Shown: positions 9,933-20,119, counted from the stretch's first letter. The stretch is 64,000 nt of DNA from a bacterium (GCA_046331705.1 JAXLQJ010000019.1:1-64000), one strand, 5' to 3'. Notes: generated by a model not told the origin, from the sequence alone. Numbers and translations are program-made.

Positions 9933-10080
9933 GTGGGATCTCGATGAAGGCGCGTGTTTCTACGTCGAGCCGCGAGACCATAGCACACGGTCCCCCGAGC
10001 CCCGGGTGAGCCCGCGCGCGGGCGGGCAGCGCCGCAAGCCAATGGCGGCGAGCGCGCGCTAGGCTCTGCGCCACGAGGTC

Positions 10081-10482
10081 ATGGAGGATCGAGCGCGGAT
10101 CACGGGATCGGTCGACGAGCGCTTCGCGTTCGCCATCGCCCTCTTCAACGACGAACGCTATTTCGAGTTTCACGACGTGCTCGAGGACCTGTGGCGCGAA
10201 GAGCCGGGACCCGAGCGCGACTTCTACCAAGGGCTGCTCCAGGTGGGCGTGGCATTGCACAAGGCGCGGCTGGCGCAGATGAGCGGCGCCTGGAAGCTCC
10301 TCGAGAAAGGACGCGCGCGCTTGGCACCGTTCGGCGCCGCTCACCGCGGAGTGCCCATCGCGGACGTGCTCGCGGCCATCGAGTCGTGGCTGGCGCGATC
10401 CTCGGAGCGCGCGCGGGCCGGCTTGCCCGCGTGGCCCGAGGGCACGCCGCCGCGCATCGCCGGCACCGCGAGCGTCACCTGA
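10081..10482 (+). CDS. DUF309 domain protein
   Basis: LFNDERYFEFHDVLEDLW...FYQGLLQVGVALH. Confidence 0.88.
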   Translation: MEDRARITGSVDERFAFAIALFNDERYFEFHDVLEDLWREEPGPERDFYQGLLQVGVALHKARLAQMSGAWKLLEKGRARLAPFGAAHRGVPIADVLAAIESWLARSSERARAGLPAWPEGTPPRIAGTASVT

Positions 10483-10530
10483 GCGCGCCATGATCGCCTT
10501 CCCCTCTCGCCTCACTCACGGCCGAACCGC

Positions 10531-11784
10531 ATGAGCAAATCCATCTCCGTGCGCGAAGCGCGCGATCGCATCCTGGAACGCATTCGGCCGCTCGCCGTGG
10601 AGCGCGTGTCGCTCGCCGACGCGCAGGGGCGTGTGCTCGCCGAGCCGCTGGTCGCGCCGCGTGACCAGCCGCCCTGGGACAACAGCGCGATGGACGGTTT
10701 CGCCGTGCGCGCGGAGGACCTCGGAGCGGCGAGCAACGAGACGCCCGCGTGGCTCGACGTGATCGAGGAGATCCCCGCGGGGCGCATTCCCAAGCTCGCG
10801 GTCGCTTCGGGGCAGGCGGCGCGGATCATGACCGGAGCCCCGCTTCCCGCGGGTGCGGACACGATCGTACGCATCGAGGACACGGTGCCGGCGGTGGTGG
10901 GCGGCAAGGTGGGGATCCGCGTGGTCGCCGAAGCGGGGCGCGACGTGCGTCGCGCCGGCGAGGATCTGCGCGCGGGCGCCACGGTGCTCGAGCCCGGCAA
11001 GCTCGTGGGCTCGGCCGAGATCGGTGTCATGGCCGCGATCGGCCGCTCCTTCGTGGACGTGACGCTCCGCCCGGTGGTGGCGATCCTCGCCACCGGTGAC
11101 GAGCTGGTCGAGCCGAGCGAGCGCCTCGAGCCGCATCAGATCGTGAACTCGAACGGCCACACGCTGGCGGCGCTGGTGCGCGAGGCCGGCGGCATCCCGC
11201 GAAACCTCGGCATCGCTCGCGACGACCGCGCGGACCTGCGCGCCAAGCTCAAGCGCGCGCTCACCGCGGACGTGGTGGTGACCAGCGCCGGCGTGTCCGT
11301 GGGCGATCACGACTACGTGAAAGAGGTGCTGGAAGAGCTCGGCACCACCATGGCGTTCTGGAAGGTGGCGATGAAGCCGGGCCATCCGCTGGCGTTCGGT
11401 CAGCTCGGCGAGCGCGCCGTGTTCGGGTTGCCCGGCAACCCGGTGTCGTCGATGGTGTCGTTCGAGCTCTTCGTGCGGCCCGCGCTGCTCAAGATGGCCG
11501 GGCACCGCAGGATCTTCCGGCGCGTGTTCCCGGCGGTGCTCGACGAGGATGTGAAGACCACGCAGGGCCGCACGCATTTCCTGCGCGGCATCGTCGAGGA
11601 GCGCGACGGTGTGGCGCGTGCACGCACCACCGGCCCGCAGGGCTCGGGCATTCTGCGCTCGATGTCGCTGGCGAACGCGCTCCTCGTGGTCCCCGCGGAG
11701 CGCGCCGGCATGAAGGCTGGCGAGACGATCGACGCCACGTATCTCGGCGTCGCCGGGCTCGCGAGCGACGTGAGGCCCTTCTGA
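10531..11784 (+). CDS. moeA: Molybdopterin molybdotransferase MoeA
   Basis: PPWDNSAMDGFA, RIMTGAPLPAGAD, TGDEL, GVSVGDHDYVK, KPGHP, GLPGNPVS, QGSG. Confidence 0.96.
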   Translation: MSKSISVREARDRILERIRPLAVERVSLADAQGRVLAEPLVAPRDQPPWDNSAMDGFAVRAEDLGAASNETPAWLDVIEEIPAGRIPKLAVASGQAARIMTGAPLPAGADTIVRIEDTVPAVVGGKVGIRVVAEAGRDVRRAGEDLRAGATVLEPGKLVGSAEIGVMAAIGRSFVDVTLRPVVAILATGDELVEPSERLEPHQIVNSNGHTLAALVREAGGIPRNLGIARDDRADLRAKLKRALTADVVVTSAGVSVGDHDYVKEVLEELGTTMAFWKVAMKPGHPLAFGQLGERAVFGLPGNPVSSMVSFELFVRPALLKMAGHRRIFRRVFPAVLDEDVKTTQGRTHFLRGIVEERDGVARARTTGPQGSGILRSMSLANALLVVPAERAGMKAGETIDATYLGVAGLASDVRPF

Positions 11785-11825
11785 TCACTCCCGGTGAGCT
11801 GGCCACGCGCCTTGGCGCGCTCCAC

Positions 11826-12791
11826 GTGAGCGTCGAGCGTGTCTTCTGCGAGGTCGTCGAGGTCGAGGTCGAGGCCTACCCGGGCGGAACGCGCCCGATG
11901 GCCGTGGTCCACGTCGCGGGCAAGGGCGAGGTGGGACGCGGCGAGAACGTGTCGTGGACGCTCGCGGTGCAGGATCGTTTCGCGGCGAGCGTCAACGAGC
12001 TGATCGTCGCGAGGGCCGGCACGGTGCGCGAGCTGGTGAGCCCGGAGGCGGATCCGTACGCGCACGCGGCGCTCGAGGCTGCGCTCGTGGACCTCGCGAT
12101 GCGCCAGGCCGGGGTGAGCCTGGCGGCGATCGCCGACGCGCGCGACGTCGCGGTGGTGCCGGTGCGCTACCTGATCTCGTTCGATGCGACGCTCGATCCA
12201 GCGGCGCGGTTGGCCGAGATCGCGGCGGTCAACCCAGGAGCGCGATTCAAGGTGGACGTCGACCCCGAGTGGAGCGACACCACCGTCGCCGAGCTTGCCG
12301 CCGCGGAGGTGGTCGAGATGCTCGACTTCAAGGAGCGCGGTGACGAAGCGCTCGTCGAGCGGCTCGCCACGGCGTTCCCGGACGCGTGGCTCGAGGACCC
12401 GCCGCCGCACGGCGAGATCGGCCACGCGAAGATCGCGCGTGACATCGTCATTCGATCCGCCGCCGACGCCGCGCGCTGGGCCGCGGACGGCGCCATGATC
12501 AGCATCAAGGCGCCGCGGATGGGCGGGGTGCTGGAAGCGCTGCGCGGGCTGGAAGCGGCGCGGGCCGCGGGCGCGGCGGCGCACATCGGCGGCATGTGGG
12601 AGCTCGGCCCCGGCCGCGACCAAGCGCGGCTCCTGGCCGCGCTCTACTGCGCCGACGCCCCCAACGACGTGGCACCCATTCCGCGCCACGAGGGCGCGCC
12701 CCGCGAGCCCTCGCCGCTCGCCATTCGCGTCGACCTCCCGGGCTTCGGCCCGCACCCGCACGGCCCCGGAGCGCGCGGCGAGTCACGATGA
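11826..12791 (+). CDS. Divergent enolase-superfamily (mandelate racemase/epimerase-like) protein
   Basis: GRGENV, AALEAALVDLA, FKVD, LDFK, WLEDP, IKAPRMGG, GGMWELGPGR...PNDVAP. Confidence 0.7.
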   Translation: MSVERVFCEVVEVEVEAYPGGTRPMAVVHVAGKGEVGRGENVSWTLAVQDRFAASVNELIVARAGTVRELVSPEADPYAHAALEAALVDLAMRQAGVSLAAIADARDVAVVPVRYLISFDATLDPAARLAEIAAVNPGARFKVDVDPEWSDTTVAELAAAEVVEMLDFKERGDEALVERLATAFPDAWLEDPPPHGEIGHAKIARDIVIRSAADAARWAADGAMISIKAPRMGGVLEALRGLEAARAAGAAAHIGGMWELGPGRDQARLLAALYCADAPNDVAPIPRHEGAPREPSPLAIRVDLPGFGPHPHGPGARGESR

Positions 12792-13432
12792 CCTTCGGTG
12801 GCACGACGCGCCCTTTCGGGTCCGCCACGCTGCGCTCGTCTCGATCCCGCTTCGGCGGGACGCGCTCCGTCGCGTCCGCTGGGGCGCGCCAGCACTGGCC
12901 GCACGCGTTGTTGCTGGTCGCCGTCGTGGCCTGCGCCCCGCGGCCTACGCCTGCGCCGCCGCAGGCACCACCGGCCACCTCGCCGGCGATCGCGCCCCCG
13001 AACATCGATGATCTCACGCGCGACGCCTGGCTCGCGCGCCGCGCGCGCCAGCTCGGCGTTTCCCTCGACGAGGCGCGGAACCGTGACGCCACGTTGCCGA
13101 CGGACGTGCCACCCGACGCGGCCACCGACGACGCTCAGACTCGCGCTGAGGCCGCGGCCATCTGGGGCCGCGTCTGTGCCTCCTGTCACGGGCTGACCGG
13201 TCGTCTCGACGGCGTCACGCAGAAGACCGATCCACCGCCACGCACGTGGGGTGGCATGGGCGCGCGTATGGGTTTCTTCTTCGGCGGCGACAGGATGCGC
13301 GCCGGCATCCATCGCTCCATCGCCGAAGGCGGCCCGCTTCGCGACGGCAAGCCGAGTCCGATGCCCGCCTGGGGCACCACCTTCGCTCGCGAGCAGATCT
13401 GGGCGCTCGTGCGCCACATCGAATCGCTCTAA
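12788..13432 (+). CDS. Monoheme c-type cytochrome, probable lipoprotein
   Basis: CASCHG heme-binding motif, distal MPAW, EQIWALVRHI ending; VVAC lipobox; ATGA overlap with the upstream gene. Confidence 0.85.
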   Translation: MTFGGTTRPFGSATLRSSRSRFGGTRSVASAGARQHWPHALLLVAVVACAPRPTPAPPQAPPATSPAIAPPNIDDLTRDAWLARRARQLGVSLDEARNRDATLPTDVPPDAATDDAQTRAEAAAIWGRVCASCHGLTGRLDGVTQKTDPPPRTWGGMGARMGFFFGGDRMRAGIHRSIAEGGPLRDGKPSPMPAWGTTFAREQIWALVRHIESL

Positions 13433-13494
13433 CGCGCGCCTAGCCAGTCCGCGCAAACCGGCAGCGCACAGCGGGCAACGCGGGTGTCGAAAGA

Positions 13495-13542
13495 CGAGAG
13501 CCCCAGCCGGGGGCCGTGATCGGCTCCGGGCTGGGGCTCTCG
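13495..13542 (-). terminator. Long GC hairpin between convergent genes (likely terminator of the OmpA-family gene)
   Basis: CGAGAGCCCCAGCC (13495-13508) pairs with GGCTGGGGCTCTCG (13529-13542), with further inner pairing; followed by TCTTTC on the minus strand. Confidence 0.55.
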
Positions 13543-13563
13543 CTCACGCGCTGAGCGCGTGGC

Positions 13564-14739
13564 TCATTTGTCGGGCTGGATCTCGACGCGACGATTCTGG
13601 GCGCGGCCGTCTTCGGTGTCGTTGGGGGCGATGGGCTTCGACTCGCCATAGCCGCGGGCGCGCAGGCGGTCGGCGGCGATGCCGCCCTGGATCATGTAAT
13701 CGCGCACGGCCTTGGCGCGAGCTTCCGAGAGCTTCTGGTTGTGCTTGTCGGAGGCGCGGTCGTCGGTGTGGCCCTGGATCTCGGCGGTGAGCTTGGGCTC
13801 GGCCTTGAACACCGAGATCGCGTGATCGATGGCGGTGGCGTCCTTGATGACGGCCTTGTCGGTGTCGAAGTAGACACCTTCGAGCACCCAGCAGCCCACG
13901 GCGTTGACGCGAATGCCCTTGGGCGTGTTGGGGCATTTGTCCTTGTCGTCCTTCACGCCGTCGCCATCGGCGTCGCCGATCACCGCGGGAGCCGCGGCGA
14001 CGGGCGCCGGCGCAGGCTTGGGCGGTACGGGAGCGAGCAGCACCTTGGTCACGTAGTCCGCCATGCCATTCGGCGCCGCGATGTCCTTGGCGTTGGTGGC
14101 GAAACCGCACCCCGTGACGTCGGCGAGCTCGTCCATGAGCAGCTTGCCGTTCGCGTCGTCACCCACCTGGATGGGGTAGATGCAGAGCTTGTCGCCGAAG
14201 TCCGACTTGAGCTTCGCGGCGGCGCCGAGCACGGTCTTGTCGCTCACGCGCGTGGCGTCGCCGACGATGATCAGCGCGATGCGGCCCTTGGTGCCCGCGA
14301 GCTCCTCGTGAGCGGTGGCGAGCCCGCGCTGCATCGGCGTGAAGCCGCTGGCGCAGGACTGCTTGGCGAGGCCCGCGTCGAGGTCGGCGCGTCGGTAGGG
14401 CGCAGGGCCGTAGAGCGTCTTGCTGGTCTCGGTGCCGATGCAGTGGCCGGATCCGAACGCGACCAGGCCGGCCTGGTAGTCGAGCTGCGGAACGGTGGCG
14501 TTCAGGCGAGCGATCGTCTCGCGCGCGATGTCGAACTTGTCGCGACCATCGTAGTCGTCGGTCATCGACGAAGAGGCGTCGAGGACGACCACGAACGTGT
14601 CGGCCTTCTTCGTGAAAGCCGCCGGATCGAGCGCGACGGCCTGAAATGCGCCCACCGAGGGCGGCTTGGTTGCCGCGCAGCCTGCCACGGCGCCGAGCGC
14701 CACAACCGACCAAAGAATGCTCCTGGAACGTATCGTCAT
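13564..14739 (-). CDS. OmpA-family lipoprotein with N-terminal VWA domain and TSP3-like repeat
   Basis: VAGC lipobox; VVVLDASSSM (MIDAS DxSxS); DADGDGVKDDKDKCPNTP; YFDTDKA, GHTD, NQKLSEARA, GYGESKPIAPN, NRRVEI. Confidence 0.92.
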   Translation of the reverse strand: MTIRSRSILWSVVALGAVAGCAATKPPSVGAFQAVALDPAAFTKKADTFVVVLDASSSMTDDYDGRDKFDIARETIARLNATVPQLDYQAGLVAFGSGHCIGTETSKTLYGPAPYRRADLDAGLAKQSCASGFTPMQRGLATAHEELAGTKGRIALIIVGDATRVSDKTVLGAAAKLKSDFGDKLCIYPIQVGDDANGKLLMDELADVTGCGFATNAKDIAAPNGMADYVTKVLLAPVPPKPAPAPVAAAPAVIGDADGDGVKDDKDKCPNTPKGIRVNAVGCWVLEGVYFDTDKAVIKDATAIDHAISVFKAEPKLTAEIQGHTDDRASDKHNQKLSEARAKAVRDYMIQGGIAADRLRARGYGESKPIAPNDTEDGRAQNRRVEIQPDK

Positions 14740-14875
14740 CGTGTTCCCCCTCCCCCCTGCGATTGGTTCGTGACGCCGGCCGCCGTGGCCGGGCCCAAGA
14801 CACGAACGGAATTCTGTGCGAGCGGCTGGATTCCCGGCAATTGCGGGTCGTCGCCTGCGAGCGGCGACCCGTGCG

Positions 14876-16342
14876 TCAACCCGGGCGCTCGAGGAGCAGG
14901 TAGAGGACGTTGTCGGTGAACGCGGGGTCTTGGGTGAGCCCCAGGTGATCCGTGAAGAGAAACGTCACGGTCGTCCACGGAATGGGCGAGACGAGGCGCG
15001 GGCGCCAGCGCGTGCCGCCCACGCGTTCGTCCATGAGCGCGCTGGTGCGCAGCACGGTGCCGTCGCCAGGGGCGCTGGCGTGGTGGGAGAGCGCTCCGCT
15101 GCGGGGATCCACGACGGAGACCGCAGCCGTCGCCACGGCGTCGCTGGCGATCAGGTGCAGCTCGCTGCCGGGAGGCAGCGGACCGGGCGCGTCGAGCGCG
15201 GCGTGGAATCGCGCCGCGCGCGCCAGGGACTTGCGCAGGTGATCGAGCGCGATACGCCGCCGCGCCGCGGGATCGTTCACGTCGGGAAGCAACGTCGCCA
15301 GCACGCGGTCCTGGCTCGGCGCGGCGAGGCCCCAGCCCATTCGCTCCCACAGCGCCGGGTCGAGCAGGTCGGCGACGGGCTCGGGAGGTGCGCCCGCGCG
15401 ATCGCTCGCCTCGACCAGCGCGGCGTGCCGCCCGCGCGGCAGCAATTGGTAGAGCGACGGGAAGGTGCCGATCACGGCGGGCTCGTACTCGGGCACCAGC
15501 GGCCCGAAGTCGGCACCCTCGACGAGTTGGTGAAGTGCCTCGATGGACCCGGCGTTGGGCGTGCCGATGAGCACGGCCTTGTCGACGTAGCGCGCGCCGG
15601 CCCACGAGCTCTCCGGCAGCGAGCCGTCGGCAGGGAGGTCTTGCGTGCCGTAGCGCAAGAAGTAGCGCGTCACGAGCCCGCCCATCGAGTGGGCGATGAT
15701 GTCGAAGTGGACGTCCTGGTCCGTGACGCCGAAGCGCTTCTCGATCTCGCGTTGCACGTAGGCGCGCTTCTCGCGGATGAAGGTGTCCAGGCGGCGCGCG
15801 TTCTCGACGTTGTCGCGACGCCAGTCGTAGTCGAACTGAAAGCACGTGAAGTGGTCGCGGCCGTAGTGGATGGCGCCGGACTCGCCGAGCGTTTGGTCGC
15901 GATAGCCGCCGATCCCGAGCGTCGCGAGGATCTGGGCGTACGCGCTCAGCTCGACCGGCCAGCCGAAGAGGTCGACCTTCACGCGATCGAGAGCGCCCGC
16001 CGAGCGCACCGAATCGACGAGCGTCGGTAGCGCCGCACCCTCGGCCATCGGCAGCGCCACCAAGCGCGCGCCATCGGGCGTCTCGGGGTCGGCGGCGCCG
16101 CCGCCGAAAGCGCCCCACACCACCGTGCCCGTGTCGCCGTCGACGAGCTTCGATCCCAGGATCCCCGGGATCACGATGACGGGGTTGCGCTCCGGGTACT
16201 CGAACTCGGCGACCCGCGAGTAGAGCCGCGAGAGATCGGGCGGCTCGGGGCGTGGGGTGCAGCCGGCGAGGGCGACGCCGAGCGCCACGACCGCACGCAG
16301 CGTCGCGAGCGTGCGGTCGCGACGAGCGATCGGCGTGCGCAT
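14876..16342 (-). CDS. LCAT/PGAP1-like alpha/beta-hydrolase (lipase/acyltransferase), lipoprotein
   Basis: LAGC lipobox, PVIVIPGILGSKL, FDYDWRRD, AHSMGG nucleophile elbow, GTPNAGS, GDGTV, C-terminal DHLGL. Confidence 0.85.
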   Translation of the reverse strand: MRTPIARRDRTLATLRAVVALGVALAGCTPRPEPPDLSRLYSRVAEFEYPERNPVIVIPGILGSKLVDGDTGTVVWGAFGGGAADPETPDGARLVALPMAEGAALPTLVDSVRSAGALDRVKVDLFGWPVELSAYAQILATLGIGGYRDQTLGESGAIHYGRDHFTCFQFDYDWRRDNVENARRLDTFIREKRAYVQREIEKRFGVTDQDVHFDIIAHSMGGLVTRYFLRYGTQDLPADGSLPESSWAGARYVDKAVLIGTPNAGSIEALHQLVEGADFGPLVPEYEPAVIGTFPSLYQLLPRGRHAALVEASDRAGAPPEPVADLLDPALWERMGWGLAAPSQDRVLATLLPDVNDPAARRRIALDHLRKSLARAARFHAALDAPGPLPPGSELHLIASDAVATAAVSVVDPRSGALSHHASAPGDGTVLRTSALMDERVGGTRWRPRLVSPIPWTTVTFLFTDHLGLTQDPAFTDNVLYLLLERPG

Positions 16343-16449
16343 CCCGGCCCCGTCCACGTCGCTCCGTCCAGCGAGCGCGCCGTGGCGTTACACGAGGCAC
16401 CCGCCGCGCGGGGGCTGGCGCTCGCGCAGTCGCGGGGCTCGCCGCGGGC

Positions 16450-17502
16450 TCAGCCACCGTCGCCCACGTCGCGCAGGCGCTGGGCCGCCGCTTCGGCGGG
16501 GATGTCGCGCTGGGGCTCGCCGAGCATCTCGAATCCCACCATGAACTTCCGCACGGTCGCCGAGCGCAAGAGCGGCGGGTAGTAGTGCGCGTGCAGCAGG
16601 AAGCCAGGGTGGGCGTCGCCGTCGGTGGGACGTTGGTGCCAGCCCATCGTGTACGGGAAGGGGACGTCGAAGACGCGGTCGTAACGCGCGCACAGGCGGC
16701 GCATCAGCCCCGCCAGCGCGTCCCGCTCGCCGGGCTCGAGGTCGGCGAGGGATCCGACGTTCCGCCGCGGCAGCACGAGCGTCTCGAACGGCCACACCGC
16801 CCAGAACGGCACCAGCGCCGCGAAGTGATCGTTGACCAGCACCACGCGCGCGCCGTCGGCCAGCTCGTGCGCGAGATAGTCGAGGAGCAAGGGCCGCTGA
16901 TGGGCGCGCCAGTACGCGCTCTGCGTCCGGACCTCGCGCGCGACCTCGTTGGGGATCTCCTCGGTGGCCCAGATCTGCCCGTGCGGATGCGGGTTCGAGG
17001 CTCCCATCATCGCGCCGCGATTCTCGAACACCAGCACGTGACGGATGTAGCCGCGGTTGCCGAGCGACGTGGTCTCGTCGGCCCAGGTGTCGATGACGCG
17101 CCGGACCTCGCGCATGCCGAGCTGGCCCAGGCTCAGGTCGTGCCGAGGCGAGAAGCACACCACGCGACACACGCCGCGCACCGGCGCGGCGTGAACGAGC
17201 CCGCCCACCTCCTCCACGGTGCCGTGGACCTCGTCGGGGAGCAGGCCGGGAAAGTCGTTGTCGAAGACGTAGGTGTGCTCGTAGCGCGGCGTGGTGGCAC
17301 CGCCGGCGCGTGGGTTGCCGGGGCACAGATAGCAGCTGGGATCGAAGGCCGGTCGATCCACGGCGGCGATGGATTCCGATTGCCCTTGCCACGGCCGCTG
17401 CGTGCGATGGGGCGATACCAGCACCCACTCGGCCACCAGCGGATTCCAGCGCCGGTGGACGTGCTGCGTGAGGTCGAAGGTCGCGGTCGCTGCGGGCGGC
17501 AT
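16450..17502 (-). CDS. galT: Galactose-1-phosphate uridylyltransferase
   Basis: HRRWNPLVAEWVLVSPHRTQRPWQG, CYLCPGN, FENRGAMMGASNPHPHGQIWA, RKFMVGFEM. Confidence 0.96.
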   Translation of the reverse strand: MPPAATATFDLTQHVHRRWNPLVAEWVLVSPHRTQRPWQGQSESIAAVDRPAFDPSCYLCPGNPRAGGATTPRYEHTYVFDNDFPGLLPDEVHGTVEEVGGLVHAAPVRGVCRVVCFSPRHDLSLGQLGMREVRRVIDTWADETTSLGNRGYIRHVLVFENRGAMMGASNPHPHGQIWATEEIPNEVAREVRTQSAYWRAHQRPLLLDYLAHELADGARVVLVNDHFAALVPFWAVWPFETLVLPRRNVGSLADLEPGERDALAGLMRRLCARYDRVFDVPFPYTMGWHQRPTDGDAHPGFLLHAHYYPPLLRSATVRKFMVGFEMLGEPQRDIPAEAAAQRLRDVGDGG

Positions 17503-17715
17503 GGCGCGGGGCCGAAAAAGGGGCCCGATCCTACCACTCGGCGCACGACGAGCGCCGTCCGAGGGCGCGGCACGGTCGCTCACCGGTGGGCGGTGGCGTC
17601 GCCGTCGTCGCCGCAGGTCCTCTCGGCAGCCGCTCGGGAGCGCGTGGTGACCTCGACACGTGACGAGGTTTCCCGGTTAGATTCGCGAGCCTTGCGTCGT
17701 CCCCGTGACGGATGA

Positions 17716-18897
17716 ATGGCCAACCAGAGCCCGACCGCGTCGAGCGTGTGGCAGACCGAGCCGTTTCGGATCTTCTTTCCGCTCGGCGTCGGGATCGCCT
17801 GGGTGGGGCTCTCCCAGTGGGTGTTCTTCCCGTTCGGCTGGCCCAAGGCGTACGCGTGCGACCTGCACGGCTTCATCCAGATGCAGGCCTTCACGATGGC
17901 ATTCGCGTTCGGTTTCCTCTTCACCGCGCTGCCCCGACGTACGCAGTCGGCGCCGCCGAGTCGCGCCGAGCTGAGCGCGACCACGGCGTTGCTCGTGCTC
18001 GTCACCCTCGCCGGGCTCTTCGCGCAGCGCGTCGCGATGATGCTCGGCTACTTCGCGCTCTTCGCGTTGCTCACGCGTTTCGCGTTGATGCGATTGCTCG
18101 GCAGCGCGGCGCGGCGCCGGCCGCCGGCAGCGTTCGCGCTGGTGCCGATCGCCGCGCTCCAGGGGCTGATCGGTCCGCTGCTGGTGATCGCCGGACCGCG
18201 CGTGAACATGTTGCCGTGGCTCTACCCCCTCGGCCGCCTCTTCATCGAGCAGGGCGTGTTCTTGTGCTTGATCGTGGGCATCGGTGGGCTCGTGTTACCG
18301 CTGGTCGGCGGCTGGCCGCCGCCGGCGGATCTGGGTAGCTCGCCGCGCGAGAGCCGGCGCGCGTTGCTCTTCGCCGCGGCGGGGCTGGTGATCGTGGGCA
18401 GCGAGATCGCGGAGGCGCTGGGCGCGTTTCGCGCGGGGCCGATCGTGCGCGGGCTGGTGGTGGCGCTCGGGCTCGCGCTCGGCGGTGGTGCGTGGCGTGC
18501 GCCCAAGAAGAGCGGTCTGCATCGGCGTCTGGTCTGGCTCGCCATGTGGCTGACGCCGCTCGGCGTGTTGCTCTCGGGGCTGCTGCCGGGCCTGCGCGTG
18601 GCGTCGTTGCACGTGCTCTTCATCGGCGGCTACAGCCTCATGTGCCTCGCGGTCGCGACTCACGTGTCGTATGCCCATCTGCCGGGGCTCGAGTCGCTGA
18701 TGCTCACCAGCCACCGTGCGGTGAAGTGGATGGGCGGGCTCGTGATCGTGGCGCTGCTCGGTCGTACCGCTGCCGACGTCAGCCACACCTACTATCAGCA
18801 CCTGTCCTCGGCGGCGGCGGCCTGGATCATCGGTTCCGCCGTGTGGCTGGGATTCCTGGGGCCCAAGCTGATACGGCCGCCGGCAGCGAAGGGCTGA
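17716..18897 (+). CDS. nnrS: NnrS family membrane protein (NO-stress related)
   Basis: EPFRIFFPLG, LHGFIQM..F..AF.FGFLFTALPR, LHVLFIGG, VATHVSYAH; about 12 TM segments. Confidence 0.78.
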   Translation: MANQSPTASSVWQTEPFRIFFPLGVGIAWVGLSQWVFFPFGWPKAYACDLHGFIQMQAFTMAFAFGFLFTALPRRTQSAPPSRAELSATTALLVLVTLAGLFAQRVAMMLGYFALFALLTRFALMRLLGSAARRRPPAAFALVPIAALQGLIGPLLVIAGPRVNMLPWLYPLGRLFIEQGVFLCLIVGIGGLVLPLVGGWPPPADLGSSPRESRRALLFAAAGLVIVGSEIAEALGAFRAGPIVRGLVVALGLALGGGAWRAPKKSGLHRRLVWLAMWLTPLGVLLSGLLPGLRVASLHVLFIGGYSLMCLAVATHVSYAHLPGLESLMLTSHRAVKWMGGLVIVALLGRTAADVSHTYYQHLSSAAAAWIIGSAVWLGFLGPKLIRPPAAKG

Positions 18898-18903
18898 GCC
18901 GGC

Positions 18904-20112
18904 GTGGCGCTCGGCTGGGACGATTTCAAGGCGGTGCTCGCCGGCGAGCGGCTGCCAGCGGCGCTCGTCGATCTCGACGCGCTCGATCGGAACGTCGATC
19001 GGATCCGCGCCGCAGCGGAACGCGCCGGGAAGACGATCCGCGTCGGCTCCAAGTCGGTGCGACACGTTGGGCTCCTGCGCCGGATCCTCGCGCGCGGCGG
19101 TGCCGTCTTCCGCGGCATCATGGGTTTCACCGCGGAGGAGATCGCGTTTCTCGCCGACGAGGGGTTCGACGATCTCCTGATGGCGTACCCGACGGTCCAG
19201 CCCGCGGCGCTCGCGATGCTCGCCGAGCGAGCGGCGCGCGGTCGGACGATCTGGGCGATGGTCGACACGCGCGAGCACCTCGAAGCGTTGGGGCGCGCGG
19301 GACGCGCCGCGGGCGTCGAGATGCGCGCTGTCGCCGAGCTCGACGTCTCGTATCGACGCGCCGCCGGTCACGTTCACCTCGGCGTGCGCCGCAGCCCGTT
19401 GCGCGAGCCGCGCCAGGTGCTCGAGCTGGCGCGCGCGGCCGCCGCGCTGGAAGGGGTGCGGCTCGCGGGGCTGATGGCGTACGAGGCGCACATCGCCGGC
19501 TTTCCCGACAAGAGTCCGTTCAGCCCGGCGATGAACCGGGTGAGCCGCGTGCTGAAGCGGCTCTCGATCCCGGACGTGGCGCGCTCGCGTGCCGCCACCG
19601 TCGAGCTGCTCCGGCGCGAGGGCTTCCCCTTGGAGCTGGTGAACGGAGGCGGGACGGGAAGCGTCGGCAGCACCAGCGCCGAAGCGTGCGTCAGCGAGGT
19701 GACCGTCGGCTCGGGCTTCGTGTGCTCGCACATCTTCGACTACTTCGAGTCGATCGATTGCGAGCCCGCCGCGTTCTTCGCCCTCGAGGCGTGCCGCATC
19801 TCCGATCCCGGATTCGTGACCTGCCTCGGGGGCGGCTACATCGCCTCCGGGACTCCGAGCTGGGAGAAGTCCCCGCGCCCTTGGCTCCCTGCGGGGCTCA
19901 CCTTCCTGCCGAACGAAGGCGCCGGCGAGGTGCAGACTCCGCTCGCGGTGCCCGCCGGCGCGCCGCCGATCCGCATCGGCGACCCGGTGATCTTCCGCCA
20001 CGCGAAGGCCGGCGAGCTCGCCGAACGTTTCACCGAGTACCTGTTGCTCCGTGACGGCAAGCTCGTGGCCCGCGAGCCCACCTACCGCGGCAACGGATTC
20101 GCGTTCCTGTGA
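18904..20112 (+). CDS. PLP-dependent fold-III enzyme (alanine racemase N-terminal domain; D-amino-acid deaminase/aldolase-like)
   Basis: PAALVDLDALDRN, IRVGSKSVR, LGVRRSPL, GLMAYEAHIAG, VNGGGTGS, EGAGEVQTP, FRHAKAGELAERF, PTYRG. Confidence 0.88.
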   Translation: MALGWDDFKAVLAGERLPAALVDLDALDRNVDRIRAAAERAGKTIRVGSKSVRHVGLLRRILARGGAVFRGIMGFTAEEIAFLADEGFDDLLMAYPTVQPAALAMLAERAARGRTIWAMVDTREHLEALGRAGRAAGVEMRAVAELDVSYRRAAGHVHLGVRRSPLREPRQVLELARAAAALEGVRLAGLMAYEAHIAGFPDKSPFSPAMNRVSRVLKRLSIPDVARSRAATVELLRREGFPLELVNGGGTGSVGSTSAEACVSEVTVGSGFVCSHIFDYFESIDCEPAAFFALEACRISDPGFVTCLGGGYIASGTPSWEKSPRPWLPAGLTFLPNEGAGEVQTPLAVPAGAPPIRIGDPVIFRHAKAGELAERFTEYLLLRDGKLVAREPTYRGNGFAFL

Positions 20113-20119
20113 CCGGCGC

